A DNA stretch of 64,000 nucleotides, taken from NCBI GenBank assembly GCA_018819305.1, contig JAHJQO010000040.1:44320-108319 (forward strand), given 5' to 3'. The position numbers and the translations under genes were made by a program. The notes beneath the pieces were generated by a model, which saw nothing but the letters and a program-made list of their open reading frames with translations, did not search any database and was not told the DNA's origin. The DNA comes from Nanobdellota archaeon. GTDB lineage: Archaea > Nanobdellota > Nanobdellia > Woesearchaeales > SM23-78. The number at the start of each line of letters is the position of its first letter. Position 1 is the stretch's first letter. Shown here in pieces: positions 63,250 to 64,000 of this stretch.

Positions 63250-64000
63250 CTATCCAAGCACTTCTTTTTCCTTATCTTGCCTTACAGGCATTATTTCGCA
63301 GCCTATTTGCTTTAAGTTTTCTGCTGTATATTCTTCAAAAATCACCATTGACACCCATTCAACACCTTTTGATTTTAAAGCATCAATAATTGCACCCCCG
63401 ATAGCTCCAAGAACTGCTCCAGCACCAACTACTACTGCCGCAGCTCCACCTGTAGCACCTATAATGGCAGCAGTGAGAATTCCTGCTGTTGCACCTCCAA
63501 GAGAACCATAATAAGCACTCCAAGCCTTTGCATCTTGTTTTGTTTGGTAATAAGTATTTAATTTTTCATAAAAATCCTGCATATAATCGTCTCCTTTTGC
63601 ATAAACAAACATAGTGGCATAAGTTTTTGATGAGTCAAGAACCTTCAATGCTGTATTTTGCTGGACTTGCTGAATAAATTCAGGCGAAGCTTTTTCTTCA
63701 ATATCACCAGTCAGATAATCCATATAAGTCAAATCATTAAATTTTTCATCATTAACTTTTGTTGTTAATAAATATTCAGTGAGACCCTCTATTTGTTTAT
63801 TTTTTTGATTAAAATCAATAACAGAGCAAATATGACAGAAGTAACCTTCTCCTTTAAATAATTGAATCTGGCCACGCCCCCAAGTTCCCCAACAAGTCTT
63901 TAATGAATCTGCAATATAACGCTTTGATTCTTTTTCATTTGATTTGGGAATAGTATAATATTTTGTTGGACAATATATATCAGTAACTAAAGCTTCTCCA
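63250..64000 (-). CDS. Hypothetical protein, 5' end beyond window, Gly/Ala-rich C-terminal membrane segment
   Basis: The reading frame stays open upstream of the listed Met to base 63999 (GEALVTDIYCPTKYYTIPKS...CWGTWGRGQIQLF...). The C-terminus is GGATAGILTAAIIGATGGAAAVVVGAGAVLGAIGGAII. Confidence 0.5.
   Translation of the reverse strand, partial: GEALVTDIYCPTKYYTIPKSNEKESKRYIADSLKTCWGTWGRGQIQLFKGEGYFCHICSVIDFNQKNKQIEGLTEYLLTTKVNDEKFNDLTYMDYLTGDIEEKASPEFIQQVQQNTALKVLDSSKTYATMFVYAKGDDYMQDFYEKLNTYYQTKQDAKAWSAYYGSLGGATAGILTAAIIGATGGAAAVVVGAGAVLGAIGGAIIDALKSKGVEWVSMVIFEEYTAENLKQIGCEIMPVRQDKEKEVLG

Overview
AT-rich, gene-dense window that reads as an archaeal chromosome segment, probably from a small-genome DPANN-type archaeon (lineage is inference). 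Archaeal markers are PCNA, RadA, a RadB-like ATPase, RPA, archaeal-type uS2, RNase J, TATA boxes about 25 nt upstream of starts, a stand-alone 5S rRNA, a tRNA with BHB-type intervening sequence, a free-standing LAGLIDADG endonuclease and a LAGLIDADG intein. Bacterial-flavoured genes are mixed in: NrdR, GyrA, ScpB and GlmS/YvcK. The layout is as follows. 1-9.7 kb is a sugar and surface-glycan cluster (HAD, ATP-grasp, PdxA-family, B12-radical SAM, PHP, flippase, intein-split UDP-glucose dehydrogenase). 9.8-21 kb holds the 5S rRNA, two toxin-antitoxin-like pairs and housekeeping genes. 21.4-25.4 kb is an nrdR-nrdJ-cobO operon with tandem NrdR-box-like palindromes. 26-30.7 kb holds an amidase, PCNA, RNase J and an odd tRNA / LAGLIDADG / tRNA-like locus. 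32-47 kb is housekeeping (radical SAM, lipid kinase-like, LTD surface protein, ScpB, GyrA, RadB-like, uS2, LigT, TRAM, RadA). 47.5-50.3 kb encodes two secreted cysteine-rich repeat proteins. The most unusual region is 54.2-64.0 kb. It is a tightly packed minus-strand operon of about ten proteins whose N-termini look like class III (type IV pilin-like) signal peptides. One is a 1257-aa protein with an M23/LytM metallopeptidase core and another carries a lysozyme-like (GH73/SLT-type) domain. With the Tat-signal Amidase_3 enzyme at 26 kb, this archaeal-looking genome encodes three classes of peptidoglycan hydrolase. I read the operon as a candidate surface-filament-associated bacterial-cell-wall attack or attachment system (inference). 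All domain calls come from motif recognition by eye. No searches, folding or statistics were run.
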